Shown in pieces: positions 1-9,566 of a DNA stretch of 64,000 bases; within the stretch, counting starts at the first letter, position 1; every line of letters begins with the position of its first letter. A program made the translations under genes and the position numbers. Source of the DNA: Abditibacteriaceae bacterium (GTDB lineage: Bacteria > Armatimonadota > Abditibacteriia > Abditibacteriales > Abditibacteriaceae); NCBI GenBank assembly GCA_965277285.1, contig OZ255721.1:640001-704000 (forward strand), written 5' to 3'. A model generated the notes under the pieces. That model saw only the letters and a list, made by a program, of their open reading frames with translations, was not told the origin of the DNA and did no database searches.

Positions 1-523
1 GACAAGCGAACAGCCGGAAATTACTTTTATCGAGCATTTCATCGCGGATGCGGACGCGCTTTTCCAGACTGTTGTGGCGCAGACGACGTGGGATGATCGA
101 ATGCAAAGGCGTCTGACCGCAAGTTTTGGCGCGCCTTACAATTACTCGAATATGACGTATTCCGCCGTGCCGATGCCGGAACATTTGTCGAACGTGTGTG
201 ATTTGATTCAGCAAAAAGTCGGATTTCGTCCGGATAATTGCCTTATCAATCGTTATCTTGATGGCAGTTCGACAATGGGTTTTCACGCTGATTCTCTCGA
301 AGAATTAGTGCCTCAAACCGGTGTTGCGATAATTTCTCTGGGCGACACGCGCACGTTTTAGTTCCGGCGCACGCAGAACCACGAAATCCGCTGGGGTTGT
401 TTGTTGCCGAACGGTTCGTTGCTGTATATGCCGCCGCAAGTCCAACTTGATTGGCAGCAAGGCGTTCTCAAGCAAGCCGATGTCGGCCAGCGCCTCAGCC
501 TGACATTTCGCGCGTTGCAGTGA
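1..523 (+). pseudogene. AlkB-like 2OG-Fe(II) dioxygenase interrupted by in-frame TAG at 359-361 (start at or just before the window edge)
   Basis: NCLINRY..MGFHAD..IISLG precedes the stop. The same frame continues FRRTQNHEIRWGCLLPNGSLLYMPPQVQLDWQQGVLKQADVGQRLSLTFRALQ* to TGA 521-523, matching the AlkB C-terminal GSLLxM...RxSLTFR pattern. Confidence 0.8.
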
Positions 524-880
524 AAAAAGAATAACTTTTAAATGTTTCCTTACTTTCTTAACTTCTGCTTGGTGTTAGGATTCTTTCCATTTTGCTTTTG
601 CCTTCAATATCTGTTTCTCGGCTATTTTATCCACCAGGCTGATGCCGAAAACATTGTTTATCCAGCGAGATGCAAAGGGAAATTGAACTTTTATGTTGCC
701 TTGAGATACCGTGATGAGGGCAAGAAATATGATGGTGTCGATATTTACGTTCCTTCAGACTAACAAATGGCAAAAAGAAACGCCTGATTGGGCGCGAGAA
801 CATAAAGCGATCATTGTGCATCGCATTAAGAAGAGTTTTCCAGCAGTAGATAGTCCACAAATCGTTGAATACGACAAATG

Positions 881-916
881 AAAGCGCGTTTACATTTTTG
901 TAAACGCGCTTTTTAG
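881..916. terminator. Intrinsic terminator hairpin
   Basis: AAAGCGCGTTTACA-TTTT-TGTAAACGCGCTTT plus T-tract, next to the stop of the 919-1107 gene. Confidence 0.7.
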
Positions 917-918
917 TT

Positions 919-1107
919 TTACTGCGGCCACGGAATCGGATAAAGGCGCAAACCGACGGCCCACAACGCGAAGCAAACCGCTGCGGCTAAAAGCCACAAT
1001 CCGAAACCGCGTTGTCGTTGTCCCTGACGATCCAGCCCGCGCCAGACAGCGCCGAAAAGCGACACTAAAAAACCGACAAAGCCGACTTCAACAAGAAAGA
1101 GCGCCAT
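919..1107 (-). CDS. Small membrane protein (2 TM)
   Basis: Hydrophobic ORF with two helices; ATG at 1107 (alternative TTG at 1113). Confidence 0.55.
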   Translation of the reverse strand: MALFLVEVGFVGFLVSLFGAVWRGLDRQGQRQRGFGLWLLAAAVCFALWAVGLRLYPIPWPQ

Positions 1108-1134
1108 AAGCAATCGAGTACTCGAAACAGAAAA

Positions 1135-1608
1135 CTAAACGCGTGGAATTGGATCAAACGGCTGCGACGAAGTGGGCGGTTTTGGTTTCGATTGTGCGAG
1201 AAAACCGCCCCAAATTGTCAGGATGACCAAAATGAGCGAAAGGAATCCCTGAAAAGCCAACTGAGCGCCTATTTGAAGCATTGAAAGATGCAGCAATGCG
1301 AATGATCGTGTGACCAAGGCTGTTGCAAAACTAATGGCGCCTAAAATGGCGGCGTGTCGTGTTTCATCCCGTTCGGCGATGCGTCCCGCGAGGTAGCCGC
1401 TCCAGACTGCGAAAATCGCGTTCACCACAAAACTGATGCCCATTATAATCAGCGCAACCTGTGCAGGCGACCTTGCGGGCGTTCGGTTAGCGGCCACCAG
1501 AGGAAAGGAAACGGCCACGACAATCGCGTTGACGATACCGCCACCAAAAGTGCGCAGCGCCCATCCCAGACCAATGGCCGTCCAGTTCAAGGGTTTTGAG
1601 TTTGGCAT
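1135..1608 (-). CDS. Hypothetical integral membrane protein
   Basis: 157 aa with about 4 hydrophobic segments. Confidence 0.65.
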   Translation of the reverse strand: MPNSKPLNWTAIGLGWALRTFGGGIVNAIVVAVSFPLVAANRTPARSPAQVALIIMGISFVVNAIFAVWSGYLAGRIAERDETRHAAILGAISFATALVTRSFALLHLSMLQIGAQLAFQGFLSLILVILTIWGGFLAQSKPKPPTSSQPFDPIPRV

Positions 1609-1648
1609 TGTTCTTCTCGGGTTCTGGAACGTTTCGATAAAACGACAA

Positions 1649-1677
1649 AAGCGAGTACTCGAATGCAGTACTCGCTT
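1649..1677. terminator. Hairpin whose arms are variants of the 12-bp palindrome
   Basis: AAGCGAGTACT-CGAATGC-AGTACTCGCTT preceded by an A-tract; downstream of the minus-strand glycosyltransferase. Confidence 0.55.
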
Positions 1678-1693
1678 GGTTTCGACAGAGCTT

Positions 1694-2500
1694 CTATGAC
1701 CTGTCGCCGAAACGCTGGCGCATTTGCGAGGTTTCGCGGCGGCGTTTTTCGGAAGCGTGGTTGCGAATCGTGTCCCAGATCACATAGCCCCAAATCTCGT
1801 TATACATTCCCATGCGACGCCACAGACCGCGCGCCAGACCGATTTTTTCTTCCTTCATCGGATGCGTCACGTCGTCCATCGCGGTTTGCGAAACGCGCAG
1901 GCCCCACGCATAAACATAGCGCGTGATCGCCGCCTCAACGCCGTAGCGCGAACTCGTCAGATCGGGAACCGCCAAAAACACGTCGCGGCGAATCGCGCGC
2001 TGTCCGGTAATTGCCGCGAAGTTGCGATGACACCAACTCAGCCACCAACCCAGCAAGCCACCGCGCGCCGCACCAAACAATCCCAAAACCATGTGCATCC
2101 GCTCATCAGGATTAGCGCGCACCGTTGGCTCCAGCAGATCATCCACTTGCGACGTGCGCAATCCGATTAAGTCGGCATCGAGAAACAACAGCACATCGGC
2201 TTCGGTGCGCAACACGCCATAAGTCATCGCACCGCCTTTGCCTCGGTTTTCAGCCAGCTCGAAAACACGCATCTGCGCACGACACACCGTTTTGTCGTCG
2301 CGCAAAACTTCGCCGCGCTCCAGGCGCGCCATGAAACCGCGCGCTTCATCAGCAGTTGAATCGCTGCAACCATCGGTCACAACGACGATTTCATCGATCA
2401 ATTGCGCTTGAGCAATCGCTTTCAAAACGTTGGTGATGCGACCGGCTTCGTTGAACGCGGGAATAATGGCGGCGGTGGTCGGGCGAGTTTCGGGGTTCAA
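1694..2500 (-). CDS. Glycosyltransferase family 2
   Basis: IIPAFNEA, IVVVTDG.SD, NRGKGGA, FLDADL motifs; TTG start at 2500 preceded by GAGGAG. Confidence 0.88.
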   Translation of the reverse strand: MNPETRPTTAAIIPAFNEAGRITNVLKAIAQAQLIDEIVVVTDGCSDSTADEARGFMARLERGEVLRDDKTVCRAQMRVFELAENRGKGGAMTYGVLRTEADVLLFLDADLIGLRTSQVDDLLEPTVRANPDERMHMVLGLFGAARGGLLGWWLSWCHRNFAAITGQRAIRRDVFLAVPDLTSSRYGVEAAITRYVYAWGLRVSQTAMDDVTHPMKEEKIGLARGLWRRMGMYNEIWGYVIWDTIRNHASEKRRRETSQMRQRFGDRS

Positions 2501-2610
2501 TGTGGTCTCCTCAAGACGCGAAAACGCGGCGGCTTCACATTGGGAAACCGTCGCGTTCGAGTACTCGATTTGTGATAGATCAGGCGATGTTGCGGCAGAA
2601 GAATCGGGAT

Positions 2611-2937
2611 TCAACCCAGGACCTCGCTGACTTTGGAAGTCAGTTGCGCTTCGTTCATGTAGCCGACCGCCTGATTTACGACCTGTCCGTCTTTGAAGAA
2701 AATCAGGTTGGGAATGCTCATCACGCCGTATTTCATGGCGATGTCCTGATTTTCGTCGACGTTGCATTTCACGACTTTGATTTGTCCACCGAACTTTCCG
2801 GCCACCGAATCGAGAACCGGCGACAGCATTTTGCAAGGCTGGCACCACTCGGCCCAAAAATCGACAACGACCGTCTGGTCGGATTGCACCACTTCAGATT
2901 CAAAATTTCCGGTTCCAACAGCAGCTACTTCAGACAT
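2611..2937 (-). CDS. trxA: Thioredoxin
   Basis: VVVDFWAEWCQPCKML...KYGVMSIPNLIFFKDG. Confidence 0.95.
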   Translation of the reverse strand: MSEVAAVGTGNFESEVVQSDQTVVVDFWAEWCQPCKMLSPVLDSVAGKFGGQIKVVKCNVDENQDIAMKYGVMSIPNLIFFKDGQVVNQAVGYMNEAQLTSKVSEVLG

Positions 2938-3014
2938 AAAAGCCTCCTCAGCTTGGGCACTTCATTTTACAACTTTTAGCGTTCCCATGTTGTCTTGTGT
3001 CGTTTAACTGACGT

Positions 3015-3359
3015 TCAATCGTCCTTCAAGAACTCGTCAAACATTTGCGACAATTGCGCTTCGTTCGCGTATCCAACAAATTGATGGACGACTTCGCCAT
3101 CCTTGAAAAACATCACATTCGGGATTTTGCCGACGCCGTAACTTTCGGCGATTTCAGCGTCGCGGTCAGAATCGCACTTGACGACTTTGACGCGACCGGC
3201 ATATTTCGCTGCGACCTTTTCCAAGACGGGCGCCAGCATTTTGCAGGGCGCGCACCAGGGCGCATAAAAATCGACGACAACCGGCAAATCGCTGGCGACA
3301 ACTTCGGTTTGAAAATCGTCGTTGCCGACTTCGGCGAGATGAGCCGCAGTTTCTGACAT
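3015..3359 (-). CDS. Thioredoxin (second tandem paralogue)
   Basis: VVVDFYAPWCAPCKML; ATG at 3359 with AGGAG RBS. Confidence 0.9.
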   Translation of the reverse strand: MSETAAHLAEVGNDDFQTEVVASDLPVVVDFYAPWCAPCKMLAPVLEKVAAKYAGRVKVVKCDSDRDAEIAESYGVGKIPNVMFFKDGEVVHQFVGYANEAQLSQMFDEFLKDD

Positions 3360-3382
3360 AACTTCTCCTTGCTGCACTTCCA

Positions 3383-4540
3383 TTAAGACCGACGCGCAAC
3401 GCCATTTGATGGACGCGCCTTCGTATCGCTCTTTCCCGACGCTTCTTGCGCGGCGGAAATCAAGCGGCCAAACAAGACATCCAGCGCCAGGTTGGTACTC
3501 GCGTTGCGTAAAATATAGTGACGCGTTTTGCGAATTTGGTCAAGGCCATCCGCCCAATGCGCCGCGCTTCGAGTACTCGATTGACCGCTTTGTTGGCGTT
3601 GCCAACGCCGCCAATACGCATACGAAAGCTCATCCAAAAGTGACGCGGCGTGCGAACGCGTCAGCTTTTTGCCGATTTGTTTCGCCTCGTATTTTTCCCA
3701 TTGCTGCGCGACTTTCTCGTCTTCCTGTCCCCATTTGTCGGCTGTCGAAAGCGCCAGTTCCGTCAGCGCAAACGCACCAACCGCCTGACTGCTCAAAATG
3801 CGCTCAACGATTTCTTCGATTTGTGACGTGCGCGTTTGGTCATTCATTTCCGATGATTGCATTCGTTGCATTTCGCGCCACGCCGCACCAGGAAGCCCGC
3901 GCGCGACGCGAACCGCTTCTTCGATTTGCGCGCTGTCATCGAACGATTCAAGCAGCCACGAGCGAATGGTGTTGTCGGTCGCGGGCGTGAGCGGCAAATG
4001 CCAGCAGCGCGACAAAATCGTCGGCAAAAGCGCGCCGGTTCCTTCACTCAAAAGCACAATGTGAACGCCCTCAATCGGTTCCTCAAAGTTTTTCAAAAGC
4101 GATTGCTGCGCGGGAATCGTCATGCGGTCGGCCTGCGCGATGACCATGACTTTGCGCGCGCCGACAGTCGGGCGATACATCGCTTCGTCGCCAAAAGCGC
4201 GCGCCTGGTCAATAAGAAAACTGCTGCTGTCCAGACTTTCCGGCGCGGTCACCATGTTTTCCTTCGCGGCGCTCACAACAGGCCGATAAATCTTGAAATC
4301 GGGAAAAACTTCGATTTCGATTTGGTGGCAGGTTCGGCACATCAGGCACGGCATTCGAGTACTCGAATCCACGTTGGGACACATCAAAAGCTGTGCGTAA
4401 CGCTTGACCAGCGTCGTTTTGCCGACGTGACGCGCGCCGCTGATCAGCAACGTTTGCGGCACAACGCCTTTGGCAAACGCGTTCACCAGCGCTTGCCAAC
4501 GCTTTTGGTGACCAACTAATTCGAGGGATTTTGCGGCCAT
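3383..4540 (-). CDS. holB: DNA polymerase III subunit delta'
   Basis: LLISGARHVGKTT, Zn module C..PCLMCRTC, QSLLKNFEEP, LLPTILSRC; follows tmk (conserved tmk-holB order). Confidence 0.9.
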   Translation of the reverse strand: MAAKSLELVGHQKRWQALVNAFAKGVVPQTLLISGARHVGKTTLVKRYAQLLMCPNVDSSTRMPCLMCRTCHQIEIEVFPDFKIYRPVVSAAKENMVTAPESLDSSSFLIDQARAFGDEAMYRPTVGARKVMVIAQADRMTIPAQQSLLKNFEEPIEGVHIVLLSEGTGALLPTILSRCWHLPLTPATDNTIRSWLLESFDDSAQIEEAVRVARGLPGAAWREMQRMQSSEMNDQTRTSQIEEIVERILSSQAVGAFALTELALSTADKWGQEDEKVAQQWEKYEAKQIGKKLTRSHAASLLDELSYAYWRRWQRQQSGQSSTRSAAHWADGLDQIRKTRHYILRNASTNLALDVLFGRLISAAQEASGKSDTKARPSNGVARRS

Positions 4541-5163
4541 AAATTTCTATCTTTGAGTACTCGAACCACACGATTATGAACAATTTTGGCGGGCGCATTC
4601 GCCTCGAAAACCATAACGCGATTTGGCTCATCACGCGCGATTTGCAAATAAGTCTGCCGCACTTTTTCCTGAAACTCCAGGCCGCGCGCTTCGATTCTGT
4701 CAGTTCCGCGCTGTGTGCGTCGTCGTTCCTGCGCCGTTTCGACATCGACATCGAACAACAATGTCAAATCGGGAAGCAGTTTATCGGTTGCGAAGGCGTT
4801 CAACTGTTTGATGAAAGTCGTGTCCAAACCCAAACCGCCGCCTTGATACGCGGTTGTCGAATCGGTGAAGCGGTCGCATAAAACCCAATCGCCGCGACTT
4901 AGAGCCGGACGAATAATTTCTTCGACGTGCTGCGCGCGACTGGCGCCAAACAGCAAAAGTTCGGCGTGCCCGTGAATCGGCGTGGAAGAATGCAGTAGAT
5001 AACCGCGAATCGTTTCGGCCAGATGGGTTCCGCCTGGCTCGCGCGTTTGCACGATTCGCGTACTCGATTGCGTTTTGGTGAACTCGCTTTCCAGATGAGC
5101 GCGCAACAATTCCAATTGCGTGGTTTTGCCGCAGCCGTCAATGCCTTCAAAAGAAATGAACAT
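4516..5163 (-). CDS. tmk: Thymidylate kinase
   Basis: FISFEGIDGCGKTTQ, REPGGT, VLCDRFTDSTTAYQG. Confidence 0.97.
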   Translation of the reverse strand: MFISFEGIDGCGKTTQLELLRAHLESEFTKTQSSTRIVQTREPGGTHLAETIRGYLLHSSTPIHGHAELLLFGASRAQHVEEIIRPALSRGDWVLCDRFTDSTTAYQGGGLGLDTTFIKQLNAFATDKLLPDLTLLFDVDVETAQERRRTQRGTDRIEARGLEFQEKVRQTYLQIARDEPNRVMVFEANAPAKIVHNRVVRVLKDRNLWPQNPSN

Positions 5164-5166
5164 GAA

Positions 5167-5741
5167 TCAGTTTTCGGGCAGCGCGCCATACATAATATCC
5201 GAGCGCAAAACGTATTTTCTGCCGCTTTCGACCGTTGCGCCTTCGTGTTGCAGCGTGTGCAAAAACAACAAAGCCATGCCAGTTTGCGGAACGATGTCGA
5301 TTTCGCCGTGCGGCTCGCGCAAGAAAAAACGCGTCGCACCGCCTTCAAAAGCTTCGTTCAAGTAAACCATGAATGTGACTTGGCTCTTTTCGCCGTTGTC
5401 GCGCTTGACGCTCCGTCCTGATGCGGCTTGAAAGTTTGTCCCGCATCGTAACGATAAAAACGCAGTCGCTCGTTCAGCCCAACGGCGTCGCGCTTCCACA
5501 ACGGCGAAGGCGCAAAAGGCGCCAAGCGCTGCCACAATTCTTCCGCCAGCTTTTCGTCGTCCAAAATCAGGCGCTCGTTGTTGCGAATATCCTTGCGCAT
5601 TTCCTGCCCGAAGCGCGTGCCCACCGCCGCTTCTTCGTAACCCGCGTTTTCGCTCATCACGATGTAGCGCGCGCATTCTTCCGCCGAAAAGAAGCTCGCA
5701 ACCGTGAACACTTGATTCGGCACGACAATTTGCAAATTCAT
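5167..5741 (-). pseudogene. Prolyl-4-hydroxylase-like 2OG-Fe(II) oxygenase with a 1-nt frameshift near 5412
   Basis: The N-terminal half (FFSAEEC..GLNERLRFYRY..FKPHQDG) and C-terminal half (SVKRDNGEKSQVTFMVYLNE.FEGGAT..HEG..KYVLRSDIMY) lie in different frames; GAC GG_ AGC lacks one base. Confidence 0.8.
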
Positions 5742-5870
5742 AGTTGCTCTTTTATAAAATAACCGCCAAGACACCAAGAACGCCAAGAGAAAAGGGGCGG
5801 GCAAGTACAGACAAATCAAGCTGTCATTTTAAAGTGTGGAGAGAAAGCAGGAAAAATGGTCAAATTAAGA

Positions 5871-5940
5871 GTTTGTCATTCTGAGCGCAGCGAAGAATCT
5901 AATTACAGTTAGATTCTTCGCTGCGCTCAAAATGACAAAC
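5871..5940. repeat. REP-like inverted repeat (TGTCATTCTGAGCGCAGCGAAGAATCT family)
   Basis: 32-bp arms with 1 mismatch and a 6-nt loop. Confidence 0.85.
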
Positions 5941-6048
5941 TGCAAGTTTCATGGTGTTTTGTCCGATTTCTCTACACTTTCTCAACGACAAACTTTGGCT
6001 ATCGAGTACTCGATTCCTGCTTTCTGCCGCTGCCGACTGCTTCCTGAA

Positions 6049-8061
6049 TCAGCGTCCGTGCAATTCGGGCAGGAATTTGACGCGGCGGTTCGGTTCGCGT
6101 CCGACGGAATAGGAGCGCAGATGAAAGCGTTCGGCCAGTTGATGTTGAGCGCGTCGCAGTTGCTTGGGCTGCGGACGAAGTTCCGCAGGTTCGGCGTCTT
6201 TGAGAACGCGTTGCGCGGCATCGTGCGCTTCTCGCAAAGCTAAATCGCGCGATGAAACAGTGCCTTCGCCGATTTGTGACGTAAACAAACGATCCAGGCG
6301 CGCTAAGATTTCGGCGTAGGTATTGCCGCTGATGCCAAGCATTGGCAAGCCCAATTCGCGCGCTTCCTTGAGCAGCGAACTTTCCAGCGAAATGCCGTCT
6401 GGCCCGACCAGAACCGCGACCGCATCGGCGTCTTTCCACGTTTTGGCAACACCGACCGGCAAGCCCAAATGTTTGATGGCGCGCCCCAAACGCGAGCGAC
6501 TGACGCCATAAGGATAAAGGCGCCGCACGCGCGAAACATCGACTTGGGCGTTGCCGCGTAACGTCGGCGTTCCGGCTTCGCTTTCGTCTTCTTCGTCGTT
6601 CTGCTCATCGTCGCGGCTCGCTTCGTCCTCGTCTTCTTCGCCATCGAAATTGGCCGCATCAAAGGCGTTTTCCGACTTTTCTGTAGATGTCGGGAACGTA
6701 TTCGAGTACTCGATTGGCTCGCCATCTGACGCGGGCGCGGCGTCGCCAATCGCCATCATCGCGGCATCGTCGGCGCGCAGCGAACCCAGCGTATAACGTC
6801 GCACGCCGGGTGGAATCGGCAAATCGGTTTCGTCGCCAAAAGTCGTATCGCGTCCGTTGCGCGCTTTGCTCGTGCGTCCGGCGCGCTTGTCAAAAGCGTT
6901 CGGTGAAGTGCGATTATCACCGCGACCGCCATCGTTTCTGCCGCCGCTGCGCGTATTACGCGTGTTGCCGCGCCCGTTTTTGCCGTTGCGCGCGTCGTTA
7001 CGATTGTCCCATTCGTGTTCGCGCGTGCCGTTCTGCTTGGGCGCGGTTTGCGGCGCCGCTTGCTCGACCACAATGTCGCCGTTCTCGTCGCGGAAACGCA
7101 CTTCGGGCGGAACATCGTAACCGCGCAAAAGTTGATCGACCACATCAGCCACCGGACGACGCACCGTAATGCGGTCGCGCTCGACCATTTCGACCACGAC
7201 ATCGAAAGTCGGCGGCGCTTTGCGTTCGAGTACTGTTTTCTGCGTGCCTCGGCGACGCGCTTCCTCGTCGCTCAACGTGACGGCTTGAATGCCGCCGATC
7301 AAATCGCTCATCGAAGGATTGGCCAGCAAATTATCCAATGTGTTGCCGTGAACCGTTGCGACCAGTTGCACGCCGCGTTCGGCAATCGTGCGCGCGGCTT
7401 GGGCTTCTTCCACGCGCCCGATTTCGTCGATAACCACGACTTCGGGCATATGGTTTTCGACCGCTTCGATCATCACGTCGTGTTGCTGCTCGACTTTGGC
7501 GACTTGCATTCGTCGCGCGCGACCAATCGCTGGATGCGGCACGTCGCCATCGCCCGCGATTTCGTTGGAGGTGTCAACGATAACGACGCGCTTGCCAAAT
7601 TCGTCGGCCAAAACGCGCGCCATTTCGCGCAGCATCGTCGTTTTCCCCAGGCCCGGGCGACCCATCAAGAGAACGCTTTCGCCGCTTTCGATAAGGTCTT
7701 GCAAAATATCGACGATGCCCATCACGGCGCGCCCGACGCGCATCGTCAATCCAACGACTTCGCTGCGGCGGTTGCGCATGGCGGAAATGCGGTGCAAAGT
7801 CGCTGGAATACCGGCACGATTGTCGCCGCCAAAGGCGCCCAGGCGTTCCTCGACCCAGCGCAGTTCGTCGCGTTGCACGACTTCATCGCGCAGATATTCA
7901 AAGCGATTGGCGTAGCGCGCTTCGGGGCGTCGTCCCAAATCGAGCACGATTTCCAAAAGTTGAGGACGGTCTTCATTGGCGATGGCGTTCGCCAGGCCAG
8001 AAGGCAAAACCGCCAGCAGTTCGTCTAAGTTGTCGGTGATGGTGCGCAGTTCAGTGTTCAT
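6049..8061 (-). CDS. Ycf45/SpoIIIAA-like AAA ATPase with C-terminal R3H domain
   Basis: EIVLDLGRRPEAR, GRPGLGKTT, IVDTSNEIAGDGD, EAVENHMPEVVVIDEIG; C-terminal RRAQHQLAERFHLRSYSVGREPNRRV; long low-complexity linker. Confidence 0.9.
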   Translation of the reverse strand: MNTELRTITDNLDELLAVLPSGLANAIANEDRPQLLEIVLDLGRRPEARYANRFEYLRDEVVQRDELRWVEERLGAFGGDNRAGIPATLHRISAMRNRRSEVVGLTMRVGRAVMGIVDILQDLIESGESVLLMGRPGLGKTTMLREMARVLADEFGKRVVIVDTSNEIAGDGDVPHPAIGRARRMQVAKVEQQHDVMIEAVENHMPEVVVIDEIGRVEEAQAARTIAERGVQLVATVHGNTLDNLLANPSMSDLIGGIQAVTLSDEEARRRGTQKTVLERKAPPTFDVVVEMVERDRITVRRPVADVVDQLLRGYDVPPEVRFRDENGDIVVEQAAPQTAPKQNGTREHEWDNRNDARNGKNGRGNTRNTRSGGRNDGGRGDNRTSPNAFDKRAGRTSKARNGRDTTFGDETDLPIPPGVRRYTLGSLRADDAAMMAIGDAAPASDGEPIEYSNTFPTSTEKSENAFDAANFDGEEDEDEASRDDEQNDEEDESEAGTPTLRGNAQVDVSRVRRLYPYGVSRSRLGRAIKHLGLPVGVAKTWKDADAVAVLVGPDGISLESSLLKEARELGLPMLGISGNTYAEILARLDRLFTSQIGEGTVSSRDLALREAHDAAQRVLKDAEPAELRPQPKQLRRAQHQLAERFHLRSYSVGREPNRRVKFLPELHGR

Positions 8062-8103
8062 AAAGGTGATTTGCTGGACGTTCGAGTACTCGAAATGCTC
8101 CGT

Positions 8104-9565
8104 TTATTGAACAGGTTTCCATTCGCGGTTGGCGCTGTTGATGGCGCGACTTTTGATTTCAGCCATCAGGTTTTCGGCGTCTGAAGTCATCAGGAAATAA
8201 TGCAGGCGCTGCTTTTCGCCGTCGAGGTAACACAAGTATCCATCAGAACGATAACGCTTGATTTCGCTCCAGCGAAGCGAACGCGTTTTGAACAATCCGT
8301 GCAAAGTCAGGCTGTAATCGTCTGTTACGATATACGACTTGAGAAAGCCGCGCCATCCCAGCAGAGTTGGCGGGCCTATGAGAACCGCAAAAACGCAATA
8401 CATGATGATGTCGCCCGTTGTGTGCTCTCGATACAATGGGCACTGGAAGCACGAAAAATATCAATGTGAAAAACAGCAGCAAAGCGCGTCCACTGCGCGT
8501 GCGGAAATGATAAAGTCGGCTGCCTCGCGGAACAGCAAAATGCGACGGCGCTTTCAAGTTATCGAGGTTTTGTCCGGCTTTAGGTTTCCATTCGGAAGAG
8601 CGCGCGTTCGTCGCATATTTCTTGATGATTTCGCGCAAGATGAACGCGTCTTCAATCGTTGAAAGAAACGCCTGCTCGCCTTCTTCTGTGACAACCATAC
8701 AACGGTTTACGGTTTCCAACGTGCCATTGACAGGTTCGAGATAATAATCGAGTACTCGATTCCACGCAATCGGCGTTTGTTCGTTCGGCGTCTGAAAAAT
8801 CAGACCTTGTAGATCGGCGGAAATGGTTTGTTGAAGATAAGATTTTGTCGCTTTGGCGCGTGGAAGCCGCGTTGCTAAAAACAAAATGGAAAGACACGAC
8901 GCGAGCGCAAGCCAGACGAAGGCAAAACCGATTTTGCCCCAAAGCGACAGCACGTTCCACATCAACAAAAAGCCACTCCACATCGGCGCCCAGCCGCCAT
9001 AAGTCGCACCTTTCGAGAGTTGAAGTGCAAAAATCAAAACCGGAAAACCAACTGAAGTCAAGACCAACAAGAAGATACTGGTGTTTTTGTAGCGAAACAC
9101 GCGCGGCCACTCATCGAAAGTTCTTGTGCCAAATAATTCCCAGTTTTTAGCGCGCGAACTTTGTGCTTTCTCCTGAATAATCTTTTGCAGATCGTCGCCG
9201 TTGGAAAGGATGTGATTCAAAACGAAGACGCGGCCTTTGGCTTCGATGTGCGCCACGAGATATTTATCGCTCTTTTTCAGGTAATAATCGCTGATGTCGG
9301 CCCAACGAAGTCGTGTGGCTCCGCGCCAATGGGAATAAAGCAAACCGTTTTCATCGGTGACAACATAGGTTTTTTTCACCCACCAAAAAGCGAATAAACC
9401 AGGTAAACCAAAAAGGGCGGAAAAACTCAAAGCCAGCAACCAATCGTTAACAGTTCTTTTCGGCGCGAAAAAAACGACAGCCGTAAGAAACAGCGTCATA
9501 ACCGCGCAAATCCACACCAAAGCCCACGCGTCGCCTCGTAAGCGAAACACCATTTTTTTGTTCAT
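8104..9565 (-). pseudogene. Membrane protein with three internal bacterial-PH-like repeats, frameshifted near 8440-8460
   Basis: Repeat 1 (KTYVVTDENGLLYSHWRGATRLRWADISDY) matches KSYIVTDDYSLTLHGLFKTRSLRWSEIKRY in the overlapping 8104-8436 ORF; the tail of the 8243-9565 ORF reads as off-frame sequence. Confidence 0.65.
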
Positions 9566-9566
9566 A

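Noticed and set aside
359..361. TAG as pyrrolysine or genetic-code reassignment
   Set aside because: TAG serves as a normal stop for other genes here (e.g. those ending at 1135, 1694, 23502, 28971), no pyl genes are seen, and the gene has a second lesion.
542..860. Short AT-rich ORFs 542-763 (+) and 627-860 (-)
   Set aside because: No recognisable motif or RBS; possibly a gene remnant, but a call cannot be supported.
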